A stretch of DNA of 64,000 nucleotides from Escherichia coli (GTDB taxonomy: Bacteria; Pseudomonadota; Gammaproteobacteria; Enterobacterales; Enterobacteriaceae), in the NCBI RefSeq assembly GCF_016903815.1, contig NZ_CP069973.1; one strand, 5' to 3'. Position 1 is the stretch's first letter. Each line of letters begins with the position of its first letter. The position numbers and the translations under genes are program-made. Shown here one piece after another: positions 1 to 10,267 of the stretch. The notes beneath the pieces were generated by a model. The model ran no database searches. It worked only from the letters and a program-made list of their open reading frames with translations, and was not told the origin of the DNA.

Positions 1-95
<95 letters not shown>

Positions 96-284
96 TCAGA
101 ATTAACTTAACTGTGAATCATGATGTTTTTAGCATCCTGATAAGAGCTAAAAGTTTTAACGCTACGTTGTTCGATGGTCAACGCAACGAAAAACAATTCA
201 GATTTTCTTTATAAGAATAGCTGATATTTATTAAGTTAATATTAAGCAGTGAAATTTAGTCTATAAGATAATTGGCAAAAATAA

Positions 285-990
285 ATATCCTCCGGCATAG
301 CCGGAGGTTTTTCAAATGCGCCTATAAGGCTCTCTTACCAGCCGCGCCCTAACAGGCGCACACGATCTGACATTTGCATCCAACTTCGTTACTTACGGCC
401 CGTAAACGGGCTGCCCGGATAGGGAATCGATAACTGCTCTCCCATTTTATCCTCTTCAAGCTGGTGCTTTATGTAATCCTGTATCTTCGCCGTGTTCTTA
501 CCCACTGTATCGACGTAGTACCCTCTGCACCAGAACTCCCTGTTCCTGTATTTGAATTTCAAATCACCAAACTGCTCGTAAAGCATCAGACTGCTTTTCC
601 CTTTCAGATATCCCATAAACCCGGATACGCTCATTTTGGGCGGGATCTCCACAAGCATATGGATATGATCTGCACAGCATTCAGCTTCCAGAATCCGTAC
701 GCTTTTCCACTCACACAGCTTTCTCAAAATACTGCCTATTGCTCTACGCTTCTCTCTGTAGAACACCTGTCTTCGGTATTTTGGCGCAAAAACTATGTGA
801 TATTTACAGTTCCATCGGGTGTGCGCTAAGCTCTTTTCGTTCCCCATTGGGACCCCCTTTTGATTTCTTGTTTGACACTTGCAGTTGCCAGACCGCAAGG
901 TGTTTTAACAAATCAAAAGGGGTTTTAATAACTGGCTCAAAGCTGAAAGCTTTCCGGAACCCCCAGCCTAGCTGGGGGTTTTCTGTGCAC
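285..990 (-). mobile_element. IS200-like insertion sequence (IS200/IS605 family) in the gnd-ugd intergenic region; boundaries approximate
   Basis: Carries a Y1-type transposase gene (389..847) flanked by perfect hairpins at 289..307 and 958..980; total size about 0.7 kb as expected for IS200. Ends inferred from hairpins, not from alignment. Confidence 0.6.
389..847 (-). CDS. tnpA: IS200-type transposase TnpA (Y1 HuH transposase)
   Basis: Translation MGNEKSLAHTRWNCKYHIVFAPKYRR...HIHMLVEIPPKMSVS...CRGYYVDTVGKN has the HuH motif and catalytic Tyr region of IS200 TnpA; start trimmed from ORF 389..898 to the Met giving about 152 aa. Confidence 0.85.
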   Translation of the reverse strand: MGNEKSLAHTRWNCKYHIVFAPKYRRQVFYREKRRAIGSILRKLCEWKSVRILEAECCADHIHMLVEIPPKMSVSGFMGYLKGKSSLMLYEQFGDLKFKYRNREFWCRGYYVDTVGKNTAKIQDYIKHQLEEDKMGEQLSIPYPGSPFTGRK

Positions 991-1020
991 AAAAAAGCCC
1001 GGCGCAATATACGCCGGGCC
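991..1020 (-). terminator. Putative intrinsic terminator downstream of gnd
   Basis: GC-rich hairpin gcccggcg/cgccgggc at 997..1019, followed on the minus strand by a T6 run, just after the gnd stop. Confidence 0.5.
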
Positions 1021-1046
1021 TCAATTTTATTGTTGGTTAAATCAGA

Positions 1047-2453
1047 TTAATCCAGCCATTCGGTATGGAACACACCGTCTTTATCAATGCGCTTATAAGT
1101 ATGCGCACCGAAATAGTCACGCTGTGCCTGGATCAGGTTCGCAGGCAGAACAGCGGCACGGTAGCTGTCATAATAGGCAACCGCAGCGGCGAAGGTCGGA
1201 ACCGGGATACCGTTCTGTACTGCATATGCGACGACATCGCGCAGCGCCTGCTGGTAGTCATCGGCAATTTGCTTGAAGTACGGAGCCAGCAGCAGGTTAG
1301 CGATCTGCGGATTTTCGGCATAAGCATCGGTGATTTTCTGCAGGAACTGCGCACGGATGATGCAACCAGCACGGAAAATCTTAGCGATTTCGCCGTAATT
1401 CAGATCCCAGTTGTACTCTTCAGACGCCGCACGCAGTTGAGAGAAACCCTGAGCGTAAGAAACGATTTTACCCAGATACAGCGCACGACGAACTTTCTCG
1501 ATGAACTCACCTTTGTCGCCAGCTGGCTGCGCTTGCGGGCCATAGAGAACTTTAGATGCGGCAACACGCTGCTCTTTCAGAGAAGAGATATAACGTGCAA
1601 ACACAGACTCGGTAATCAGCGACAGCGGTTCGCCGAGATCCAGCGCGCTCTGGCTAGTCCATTTACCGGTACCTTTGTTAGCCGCTTCATCCAGGATCAT
1701 ATCAACCAGGTAGTTACCGTCTTCATCTTTTTTAGTGAAGATGTCTTTGGTGATGTCGATCAGGTAGCTGCTCAGTTCACCGTTATTCCACTCGGTAAAG
1801 GTCTGTGCCAGTTCTTCGTTAGAAAGATTCAGGCCGCCTTTCAGGAGAGAATAGGCTTCAGCAATCAGTTGCATATCACCGTATTCAATACCGTTGTGAA
1901 CCATCTTCACATAGTGACCTGCGCCATCGGCACCAATATAGGTAACGCATGGCTCACCGTCTTCAGCTACTGCGGCGATTTTGGTCAGGATCGGTGCAAC
2001 CAGTTCATAGGCTTCTTTCTGTCCGCCAGGCATAATGGAAGGACCTTTCAGCGCACCTTCTTCACCGCCGGAAACACCGGTACCGATGAAGTTAAAGCCT
2101 TCTGCAGAAAGCTCACGGTTACGACGAATGGTGTCCTGGAAGAAGGTATTACCACCATCAATGATGATGTCACCTTTATCGAGGTATGGCTTAAGGGAAT
2201 CAATAGCAGCATCCGTGCCTGCACCTGCTTTCACCATTAACAGGATGCGACGAGGCGTTTCCAGAGATTCAACAAACTCTTTCACCGTATAGTAAGGAAC
2301 CAGTTTCTTGCCTGGATTTTCAGCAATCACTTCTTCAGTCTTCTCACGGGAACGGTTGAAAATAGAGACGGTATAACCACGGCTTTCGATGTTGAGCGCA
2401 AGGTTGCGCCCCATCACTGCCATACCGACTACGCCGATCTGTTGCTTTGACAT
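1047..2453 (-). CDS. gnd: 6-phosphogluconate dehydrogenase, decarboxylating
   Basis: 468 aa ORF; [27 protein letters not shown]... is the classic Gnd N-terminus and the length matches. Confidence 0.95.
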   Translation of the reverse strand: MSKQQIGVVGMAVMGRNLALNIESRGYTVSIFNRSREKTEEVIAENPGKKLVPYYTVKEFVESLETPRRILLMVKAGAGTDAAIDSLKPYLDKGDIIIDGGNTFFQDTIRRNRELSAEGFNFIGTGVSGGEEGALKGPSIMPGGQKEAYELVAPILTKIAAVAEDGEPCVTYIGADGAGHYVKMVHNGIEYGDMQLIAEAYSLLKGGLNLSNEELAQTFTEWNNGELSSYLIDITKDIFTKKDEDGNYLVDMILDEAANKGTGKWTSQSALDLGEPLSLITESVFARYISSLKEQRVAASKVLYGPQAQPAGDKGEFIEKVRRALYLGKIVSYAQGFSQLRAASEEYNWDLNYGEIAKIFRAGCIIRAQFLQKITDAYAENPQIANLLLAPYFKQIADDYQQALRDVVAYAVQNGIPVPTFAAAVAYYDSYRAAVLPANLIQAQRDYFGAHTYKRIDKDGVFHTEWLD

Positions 2454-2547
2454 TGTTTACTCCTGTCAGGGAAAATTTCTTATAGTAAATGTTATATTAT
2501 AAAAGACTATTCTATTTTATCAAAAAGAATAACTAGATAGGTAATAA

Positions 2548-3567
2548 TTAATCATCTGAATATCCATTGGGGTTTTGCACTTGCCATTTCCAAGCATCTC
2601 GAATCATATCAGCTAAATCTTTTTTAGCTCTCCAATTTAATTCTTCATAAGCTTTTGAAGGATCTGACCAACATTCAGCGATGTCACCGGGACGCCTACC
2701 AACAAATATATGTGGTACAGCGACATTTGTTATTTGTTCAAAAGTTTTTATTAAGTCAAGAACCGAATAACCTTTTCCAGTACCTAAATTATAGATCTTA
2801 CAATTCTCCCCTTCATTCGATGCCTTTACCGCTGCAACATGTCCTTCGGCAAGATCCATAACATGAATATAATCACGCACACCAGTACCATCATGGGTAT
2901 TATAATCATTACCGAAAATATGAACCTCATTGAGTTTACCTATTGCGGTTTGGCAAATATATGGCATAAGATTATTAGGTTTTCCTCTTGGATCTTCCCC
3001 TAATAATCCTGATGTGTGAGCCCCAACAGGATTAAAATAACGCAAAATAGTACACCGAAATGAACTATTCGAATAACATATATCCGATAGAATTTTTTCT
3101 ATTATTAGTTTAGATGTACCATATGGATTAGTTGTATGTCCAACTTCATTTGACTCTTTTATAGGAATACTCTTTGGTGATCCATATACTGTAGCAGATG
3201 AACTAAAAATAAATCTCATTACATCATGTCGTAACATCTCTTCAAGCAATGCTAGAGTTCCGACGACATTATTATCATAATAACTTATAGGTGAACTAAT
3301 CGATTGATCTACTGATTTTAAACCGGCAAAATGTATAACAGCATCAATATTATAACTATTAAAGATTTGATTAAGTACTGTTCTATTTCTAATGTCACCT
3401 TCTATAAATGATGCCTTTCTTAAGCAAATATTGTTAATCCTTTTTAATACTGATAAATGCGAGTTAGATAAATTATCAATTATGATAACTTCGTAGCCAG
3501 CATCTAATAACGACACGACAGTATGAGAACCTATATACCCTAATCCACCAGTTACAAGCAATTTCAT
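2548..3567 (-). CDS. UDP-hexose 4-epimerase (GalE family), O-antigen cluster
   Basis: 339 aa; MKLLVTGGLGYIGSHTVVSLL Rossmann motif, YGxxK (YGTSK) catalytic motif, GalE-like throughout; AT-rich. Confidence 0.8.
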   Translation of the reverse strand: MKLLVTGGLGYIGSHTVVSLLDAGYEVIIIDNLSNSHLSVLKRINNICLRKASFIEGDIRNRTVLNQIFNSYNIDAVIHFAGLKSVDQSISSPISYYDNNVVGTLALLEEMLRHDVMRFIFSSSATVYGSPKSIPIKESNEVGHTTNPYGTSKLIIEKILSDICYSNSSFRCTILRYFNPVGAHTSGLLGEDPRGKPNNLMPYICQTAIGKLNEVHIFGNDYNTHDGTGVRDYIHVMDLAEGHVAAVKASNEGENCKIYNLGTGKGYSVLDLIKTFEQITNVAVPHIFVGRRPGDIAECWSDPSKAYEELNWRAKKDLADMIRDAWKWQVQNPNGYSDD

Positions 3568-3605
3568 TTTATCTTGACCTCACTTAGACTTTAATAGTTC
3601 TCACG

Positions 3606-4343
3606 TTAGACTCGTTTTAACAAGGCATGAAAAAAATAATAAATGATATATTTAATTGAATGTAAGAATGAAAGGCGACGGTTTTTTCTATAAATATTCC
3701 ACTGCCAGGCTATTGCCTTAATTTTATTTGAGGATAAAGAATGTTCATTTACACGATATTTAGCTAAACACTCTTGTATACAATAAGCTCTATTGGTCAC
3801 TGATATTATATCCAACCACATTATATAATCTTCATGTCCTTCATTTACTTGGTTAAATATACCCAGTTTTTCCCTATTATATATACCTGTCAGGTTACCA
3901 ATAAAATTACTTTTAAGCATCATATCATAAGTTATTATTTCTGGTGAAATTCGAGCATTAATATATTCTTTTTCATTTGAAAATGTTATAAAATTACTGC
4001 ATACCAAATCCCAACCGTCTTCTAATTTCTCCATCTGTAAAGAAAGTTTGTTTTTAATCCACATATCATCACTATCTATAAAGGCAACATAATTGCCTTT
4101 ACATATATTAAGTGCAATATTTCTTGATTCCGCGACGCCTTTGTTATTTCTGTTTTTAATTACTGTTATTCTTTCATCTTGAAATTTGCCAGCTAATTCG
4201 AATGTATTATCATGCGATGCATCATCGATAATATATAGATGCCAATCCTTAAAGTCTTGATCAATTACAGAGTTTACAGCTTGTTCTATTGTTGCAGACG
4301 CATTATAAGCAGGCATTATTATCGAAACAGTTTCTCTTACCAT
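3606..4343 (-). CDS. Glycosyltransferase, family 2-like (O-antigen)
   Basis: 245 aa; N-terminal IIMPAYNASATIEQAVNSV...YIIDDASHDNT and a DSDD motif typical of GT-A fold GT2 enzymes. Confidence 0.7.
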   Translation of the reverse strand: MVRETVSIIMPAYNASATIEQAVNSVIDQDFKDWHLYIIDDASHDNTFELAGKFQDERITVIKNRNNKGVAESRNIALNICKGNYVAFIDSDDMWIKNKLSLQMEKLEDGWDLVCSNFITFSNEKEYINARISPEIITYDMMLKSNFIGNLTGIYNREKLGIFNQVNEGHEDYIMWLDIISVTNRAYCIQECLAKYRVNEHSLSSNKIKAIAWQWNIYRKNRRLSFLHSIKYIIYYFFHALLKRV

Positions 4344-4346
4344 ATT

Positions 4347-5399
4347 TTATATTCCAAGTAGTGATATCCATTTATGAATAATTGCATCAGCATTGTATTT
4401 CCTTGAATTTTTAATAGCATTAGTACTAAAAATGTTTGATAAATTATCATCAGAAGTCAATTTTCTTAACTTCTGTATAAAAAGCTCTCTGTTTTTAAAA
4501 GGGATAAGAAAACCATTAACATTATCAGTAATAATTTCTGCCGGGCCAGTTGGACAATCATATGCAACACTCGGGATTCCAAAACTCTGGGACTCAATCA
4601 ACACCATAGGTAATCCTTCATATAACGAAGTCATCGCATATATTTTGGCAGCATTATAGTAATTGCAAATTTCATCTGTTGTTTTAAACATTTTGATAGA
4701 TGACATTCCAGCTATGGCTTTTTCAAGAATCCTTTTATTAGGGCCATCACCAATGATATATAACGTCCAATTAGGTATATTTGCCTCATGCCAAATTTCA
4801 ATCAACTCATTAAAATTCTTTTGCTCTGTAAATCGTCCAACAGCGATCACAATATTTTCCCGTTGGTCATATGGTTTTATTATGTTATTGGATGTATCAA
4901 ATGGATTAATATTTGGTATTTGAATAACGTTTTTAATACCATATTTTGTAGTTAATAAATTATAATCATGCGAAGTTAAAACAATTACTTTTTTTGCTAT
5001 GTAATATGAAAATATTTTTATTAGCTGTATTGCTTTTTTAAAACTATTTAAGCCTACATGCTCATGGAAATATATATCATGCAGCCTGATAGCTTTCGCT
5101 AATATTCCACACTCCAGCGATAAGCGTCCCATCGACTCAACAATAACTTTATGTTTATTCTTCTTACAAAAAATCAAATAGGACAATAGAGAATAATAGC
5201 GCCATCCATTTCCATATTTAACAGAGATTTTATTTGATAAGAAATAGAAAGGATTGGCATGTTTTTTTTGTAATGAGAAAATTTCGACCTCAGCATTTTC
5301 TATATTACTTGATAATATATTTGATAATAATGCTGTAACTCTTTCTGTACCGCCCTTATTAGTAATATCAGAAATAATGAAACTAATTTTATTTTTCAT
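4347..5399 (-). CDS. Glycosyltransferase, GT-B fold (GT4-like) (O-antigen)
   Basis: 350 aa; C-terminal TSLYEGLPMVLIESQSFGIPSVAYDCPTGPAEII resembles the EX7E donor-binding region of GT4 enzymes. Confidence 0.65.
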   Translation of the reverse strand: MKNKISFIISDITNKGGTERVTALLSNILSSNIENAEVEIFSLQKKHANPFYFLSNKISVKYGNGWRYYSLLSYLIFCKKNKHKVIVESMGRLSLECGILAKAIRLHDIYFHEHVGLNSFKKAIQLIKIFSYYIAKKVIVLTSHDYNLLTTKYGIKNVIQIPNINPFDTSNNIIKPYDQRENIVIAVGRFTEQKNFNELIEIWHEANIPNWTLYIIGDGPNKRILEKAIAGMSSIKMFKTTDEICNYYNAAKIYAMTSLYEGLPMVLIESQSFGIPSVAYDCPTGPAEIITDNVNGFLIPFKNRELFIQKLRKLTSDDNLSNIFSTNAIKNSRKYNADAIIHKWISLLGI

Positions 5400-6328
5400 T
5401 TTTTGTTTCTCATAATATTACGAACTATTAGTCTTCTATACAGATATTGCATATTATAAATTGATAACAATACTGTAAGAAATATAAAGAAAAATCTTCT
5501 ATACATTGATTTTTGTTGCACTGCTAAAGCTAAACAACGACTAGAGGTAGAATGGAGTTTCTCGATAAGAATAGAGGAACTTAGCTTTTTATGCATACTC
5601 AAAACATCAAAATTATCTCTCCCTCTTCTAATTCTAAGTTTATGGAGTTTTAACACGTAATTATGCGCTTTTCTTTGAAGTAAACTAGCAACACTTGCAC
5701 TATTGCCCTGTCGATGTCTAATGTACATTAGATACTCAGGGTGATTATCACATTTATAACCCCGATCCAAAGCTCTTAATATAAAATCATAATCTTCAGC
5801 ATAAGGTATTTCCCTATAACCTTGTAACTCATCATATACCTCCCTCTTAGCTAACCAAATGTGAGCAATTGGAGAGACATATTTAGACACCTTTTTAACT
5901 ATATCTTCTCCAACAGGTGAGATACTTTTTGTCAAATGCTCACCTATCTCATTAATTGAGTGCATTTGACATCCAACAATATCTAAATCATTCGCCTCGA
6001 GATAATGCAATTGTTTTTCAATTCTATCAGGTGCTGCGATATCATCCCCGTCAAATCGCGCAATATATTGCCCTTTAGCTAACAATAACCCCTGATTTAA
6101 CGATTTTACAATTTTCTGATTTTCCTTATTATATATTATTTTAATCCTACTATCTGTACGCGCTAGATTTTGTATTTTCTCCCGCGTATTATCAGTTGAA
6201 TAATCATCAATTATTATTATTTCTATTTTTTTATAAGTTTGTTCAATAATACTATTTATGGCTTCATCAATCCATGCTCCGACATTATACGTCGGAATTA
6301 ATATTGAAATTAATGGTTCATTTTTCAT
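5396..6328 (-). CDS. Glycosyltransferase, family 2-like (O-antigen)
   Basis: 310 aa; ISILIPTYNVGAWIDEAINSIIEQTYKKIEIIIIDDYSTDNT GT2 signature; 4-nt overlap with the downstream gene. Confidence 0.7.
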   Translation of the reverse strand: MKNEPLISILIPTYNVGAWIDEAINSIIEQTYKKIEIIIIDDYSTDNTREKIQNLARTDSRIKIIYNKENQKIVKSLNQGLLLAKGQYIARFDGDDIAAPDRIEKQLHYLEANDLDIVGCQMHSINEIGEHLTKSISPVGEDIVKKVSKYVSPIAHIWLAKREVYDELQGYREIPYAEDYDFILRALDRGYKCDNHPEYLMYIRHRQGNSASVASLLQRKAHNYVLKLHKLRIRRGRDNFDVLSMHKKLSSSILIEKLHSTSSRCLALAVQQKSMYRRFFFIFLTVLLSIYNMQYLYRRLIVRNIMRNKK

Positions 6329-7455
6329 AACTTTTGATTACCTAAATATCTGGTTTCGTTATAAATAACAGCATTCAATATAAATAAAAATGGTGAATAT
6401 GCACCAAATAGCGAAATACCACTGATACATACTGGCAACCAAATATACAATGAATTAAAATTTGTCTTTTTAAGGCTATAAAAAATAAAAGTTATAAAAA
6501 GAAAAGACCCAATAAAACCAAATTCTAAAACTAAAGTTACATATATGTTATGTGCAAAAATCCCTAGTAATTGTTCTGTGTTTCCAAGCCCAACACCAAA
6601 CATATGTGTCATAAGTGATTGCGTAGTGTAAAATTCAAATGCTTGGCTAATAATGTAGAATTTAGAATTAAAACTCCCATCAATATTTGAATAATTGCTA
6701 TTTTCAAATAAGTAGCTTATTGACATGTAAATAAATACACATATGACAAATAAAAAAACAAGTGCTGAACGCTTTCCTATCTTTGCCTTATTATTCAGAA
6801 CATATAACATAGCAAGCAGCGTTACCATTGCAGCTCTTGACATTGTTAAAAATAGCAGAATATATGTTATGTACCTTGTATATTTGAAGTTATAGATTTT
6901 ATTATTTTTAAGAAACAATAAAAAACCTAAGATGGAAATATCTATTAATGCTGTAAAATTTGAATCAAAGTAGAATAAACTTTTTTTGAATGCATATAAA
7001 ATACCTTCTGATAGATTACCTATAATGACTCTAGTAATCAACTCCAGAAACATGAACATTACAAAAAACATCAAAAAATTTTTATAACATTTAATTCGTG
7101 TATCATAGTTTAGCACCATAAATACTTCATTTACTCCAACGCTAATAACCATCGAGTAAAAAAACAGGAAGGGTGTGATGTAATTTGGAGCTTCAGGATA
7201 CCCTGTTGTTTGGGTTTTATAATAGATACCTATAACCTGACACAGAAGAATTGCGAAAGCAAAAATAATAGTTACCATGCTAAACTTTGAAATTTTTGCC
7301 TTAACAAATATTAGCATTATTATAATACTTAACAACCCTGCACCATATATATAAGCAGGATTAATAGCAAGAGAATTTATGCTCAAAAATGCACAACATA
7401 AAAATGCCGTAAGATACTTACCGGATCTTTGTTTGTTAATTTGATTTTCGTTCAT
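6325..7455 (-). CDS. wzy: O-antigen polymerase
   Basis: 376 aa, very hydrophobic with many predicted TM segments and a large loop, in the canonical wzy position of a Wzx/Wzy cluster; low sequence conservation is expected for Wzy. Confidence 0.65.
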   Translation of the reverse strand: MNENQINKQRSGKYLTAFLCCAFLSINSLAINPAYIYGAGLLSIIIMLIFVKAKISKFSMVTIIFAFAILLCQVIGIYYKTQTTGYPEAPNYITPFLFFYSMVISVGVNEVFMVLNYDTRIKCYKNFLMFFVMFMFLELITRVIIGNLSEGILYAFKKSLFYFDSNFTALIDISILGFLLFLKNNKIYNFKYTRYITYILLFLTMSRAAMVTLLAMLYVLNNKAKIGKRSALVFLFVICVFIYMSISYLFENSNYSNIDGSFNSKFYIISQAFEFYTTQSLMTHMFGVGLGNTEQLLGIFAHNIYVTLVLEFGFIGSFLFITFIFYSLKKTNFNSLYIWLPVCISGISLFGAYSPFLFILNAVIYNETRYLGNQKL

Positions 7456-8464
7456 TCAAATTACTCGAATATGGTGACTGTAGAATTTCATTAATAAGAT
7501 GATTAATATCATACTTTCTAAGTATATTTTGCTCTATAATTACATTATTTTTTTTTAAAAATGATTTTAACGCATCGATATTACAATCCTGCTCCTTATA
7601 TATGAATATATTATCTGCATTATAAAAATCATATTCGGTAATACTTTCGTTATTTGTTATTAACTTTTTATTATAGAATAGGGCTTCCAATGTTCTAATT
7701 GTCAGACCTCCTTGTCCCGGTTGAACAATTTCAAGAATAGCTGTTGTTTGAAATAATTTATCAAGATACTCGTCATAATTCATTGCATTTTTTGCTAATA
7801 GTCTCTCACATTCATCATAATGCTTATTTTTATCAGGCAAAACACTAATTGAAAAGCTCAAGGAAGCATCGTCTAATAACTTTGCAAAGGTATTTAAAAG
7901 TTCAAGCCGCCCTTTATCTACCCCAATAAAGAAAATATCGAACATTACAGGATTGGTTAATTCCTCACACAGTTTTTTATTTAATACTTGACGACTAAAT
8001 TCCAATGAGTAAACTTGGGGATGATAATTTAGTTTATATTTAACCGAGTCATTATAATCAAACGTCCAAACTTGAACCCCAGTAATTTTTAATGTGATTA
8101 ATAGAATCTTAAACTCTATTTCTGAGATGTTCAATGTTCGTCTAGGATTCCATAACCAAATGGCTTGATTGGCACAAAACGAAAACTTATATACGCAAGA
8201 AGATATTCCTTTATAATCCTCTATACCAAAATAAATTGCATGATCATTTTTTGAGTGAATTTTCCTTTTTATATACGCAATGACAATCAAAAATAATGGT
8301 TTTATCCTTGATTTATACAAATTGACAAGAATATTTTTAGTTGCGCAAATATTTGTGATTTCAGTTAAATTATAAAAATATATTTTTTCCGAAGATAACT
8401 TTGAAAAAATAATCTCCGTTAAAAAATAATCATTTTTGACCAAATGTGTTATTTTTTTTACCAT
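7436..8464 (-). CDS. Putative glycosyltransferase, WecF (Fuc4NAc transferase, GT56)-like
   Basis: 342 aa; weak similarity by eye to WecF (KYKLNYHP versus RYKLFYPL; C-terminal GGLTIRTLEALFYNKKLITN). Assignment tentative. Confidence 0.4.
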   Translation of the reverse strand: MVKKITHLVKNDYFLTEIIFSKLSSEKIYFYNLTEITNICATKNILVNLYKSRIKPLFLIVIAYIKRKIHSKNDHAIYFGIEDYKGISSCVYKFSFCANQAIWLWNPRRTLNISEIEFKILLITLKITGVQVWTFDYNDSVKYKLNYHPQVYSLEFSRQVLNKKLCEELTNPVMFDIFFIGVDKGRLELLNTFAKLLDDASLSFSISVLPDKNKHYDECERLLAKNAMNYDEYLDKLFQTTAILEIVQPGQGGLTIRTLEALFYNKKLITNNESITEYDFYNADNIFIYKEQDCNIDALKSFLKKNNVIIEQNILRKYDINHLINEILQSPYSSNLNERKSN

Positions 8465-9708
8465 GATTTATATATGCCCCGAGATGCTACAAGTAAAATA
8501 ACGAAATCTAAACTGACTCTAATTGTCCACGCATATGCAGCCCCTATTACACCAAAATGTATAATAAAGAAATACAATCCAACAAGGTAAGGAATTATTT
8601 CAATGCAATGTATTAATGCCGTGATTTTCGCTTTACCTGCAGCCTGGATTGTAGCAAATGGAATCTGAGCATATGAATTAAATAAAAATCCTATCAGAAG
8701 AACTTGCAAAATATAAGTTGAATTTTCAGCATATTCTTTACCTAACCATATATTTAGGATTGTATACGATAATCCCACTCCAATAATTACAGCAGGTATG
8801 CAAACCATGCTGAGCATAATATAGGCTATTGTTTCATTTTTTTTTCTTTCCGAAAGTGTCTTTGCAGCACTTAATTTTGGAAATAATGCTCTTGCCAAAG
8901 CCCAGGGAATATTAATCAATCTATTAATAAATTCTGAAGGCGCTATATAAAACCCAACGCTTTTTGCCCCCAGAAGATTAGATAATATAAACCGATCAAA
9001 ATAACTCATGACCGGACTAATAATATTACTTACAGTAATCCAGCCACCAAACTTTAACAGTCGAAACAAAACTTGCTTATGAAATCTAATACCCGCTGTT
9101 AATACTATTTCTTTTGCACAATAATATGAAATAATTAACGAAACCATTCGACCACAAACTAATCCAATCATTGCACATGTCAGGGTTGGATGTAGAATGA
9201 TGAAAAAAGCTGGAAGCCCCGCTACTAATGAACTACTAATACATCGTTGAATATTTATATTAAAAAAATCTTCCATGCCCTCCAAATATGATACAAATAT
9301 CTGATTTAGCAAAAATAAAGGTATAGTTATAGTCAGTATCTTAAACGAAGATACAACATCATCCTTATATCTAGGGCTAACCTTTAACAAAGACACTAGG
9401 TTATCAATGTTCATAAACAAAAGAGCTGCACCAACTAAACCCAGTATAATTATAGCAAAATTAGATGTTGCAATAATTTTATTTAATTCAGATTTATTAG
9501 TTCTATTAAACGCAATTTCTCTAATAACAGCTCTTGTTAATCCTGCGTCAAAAATACTGGCATAACCAACAATAGCTGTACAAAGAGCAAACAAGCCAAA
9601 CCTTTCTGCTCCCAATTCACGAGCTATATATCCTAATGCAGGCAAAGCGACAATGGTTGGAATAATGTATCCACCAAAGTTCCATATACTATTTTTTAAT
9701 AAACTCAT
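8458..9708 (-). CDS. wzx: O-antigen flippase
   Basis: 416 aa polytopic membrane protein with a polysaccharide-biosynthesis (MOP) type N-terminus, directly downstream of rmlC. Confidence 0.7.
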   Translation of the reverse strand: MSLLKNSIWNFGGYIIPTIVALPALGYIARELGAERFGLFALCTAIVGYASIFDAGLTRAVIREIAFNRTNKSELNKIIATSNFAIIILGLVGAALLFMNIDNLVSLLKVSPRYKDDVVSSFKILTITIPLFLLNQIFVSYLEGMEDFFNINIQRCISSSLVAGLPAFFIILHPTLTCAMIGLVCGRMVSLIISYYCAKEIVLTAGIRFHKQVLFRLLKFGGWITVSNIISPVMSYFDRFILSNLLGAKSVGFYIAPSEFINRLINIPWALARALFPKLSAAKTLSERKKNETIAYIMLSMVCIPAVIIGVGLSYTILNIWLGKEYAENSTYILQVLLIGFLFNSYAQIPFATIQAAGKAKITALIHCIEIIPYLVGLYFFIIHFGVIGAAYAWTIRVSLDFVILLVASRGIYKSW

Positions 9709-9714
9709 ATTTTC

Positions 9715-10263
9715 CTAAAAATAATCAATTTTGTTAATGTGAGATGCACATTTATCTTTAGTGGAAAGGATAACATTTATATTCAATTCGGGCCAATCAA
9801 TGTCAATTGTATTATCATTCCAAATAATATTTCTTTCATTTTCTTTATTGTAATAATTATTCGTCTTATATAAAACCTCAGCAGTGTTAGATAATACTAA
9901 AAATCCATGAGCAAACCCTTCTGGAATCCATAATTGATGCTTATTCTCAGCAGATAAGTTCACCCCAACCCATTTTCCAAAGGTAGGCGAAGATTTACGA
10001 ATATCAACCGCAACATCAAAAACTTCACCGACCATACAGCGCACCAGTTTTGCTTGAGCATAGGGTTCTAACTGGTAATGAAGACCACGTAAAACACCTT
10101 TACTTGACTTCGAATGGTTATCCTGAACAAACTTAACTTTACGGCCTACCGCTTCTTCGAAAACCTTCTGGTTAAAGCTCTCAAAAAAGAAACCGCGCTC
10201 GTCGCTAAAAACTTTTGGTTCAAAAATCAGTACATCTGGAATTTCTGTTTTAATTACGTTCAT
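9715..10263 (-). CDS. rmlC: dTDP-4-dehydrorhamnose 3,5-epimerase
   Basis: 182 aa; MNVIKTEIPDVLIFEPKVFSDERGFF...VQDNHSKS...GVLRGLHYQ is RmlC/RfbC. Confidence 0.9.
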   Translation of the reverse strand: MNVIKTEIPDVLIFEPKVFSDERGFFFESFNQKVFEEAVGRKVKFVQDNHSKSSKGVLRGLHYQLEPYAQAKLVRCMVGEVFDVAVDIRKSSPTFGKWVGVNLSAENKHQLWIPEGFAHGFLVLSNTAEVLYKTNNYYNKENERNIIWNDNTIDIDWPELNINVILSTKDKCASHINKIDYF

Positions 10264-10267
10264 TTTA

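Noticed and set aside
1065-2240. 391-aa plus-strand ORF antisense to gnd
   Set aside because: Fully embedded antisense to a highly conserved gene, with low-complexity translation and no recognisable motifs; long antisense ORFs are common in GC-rich coding DNA.
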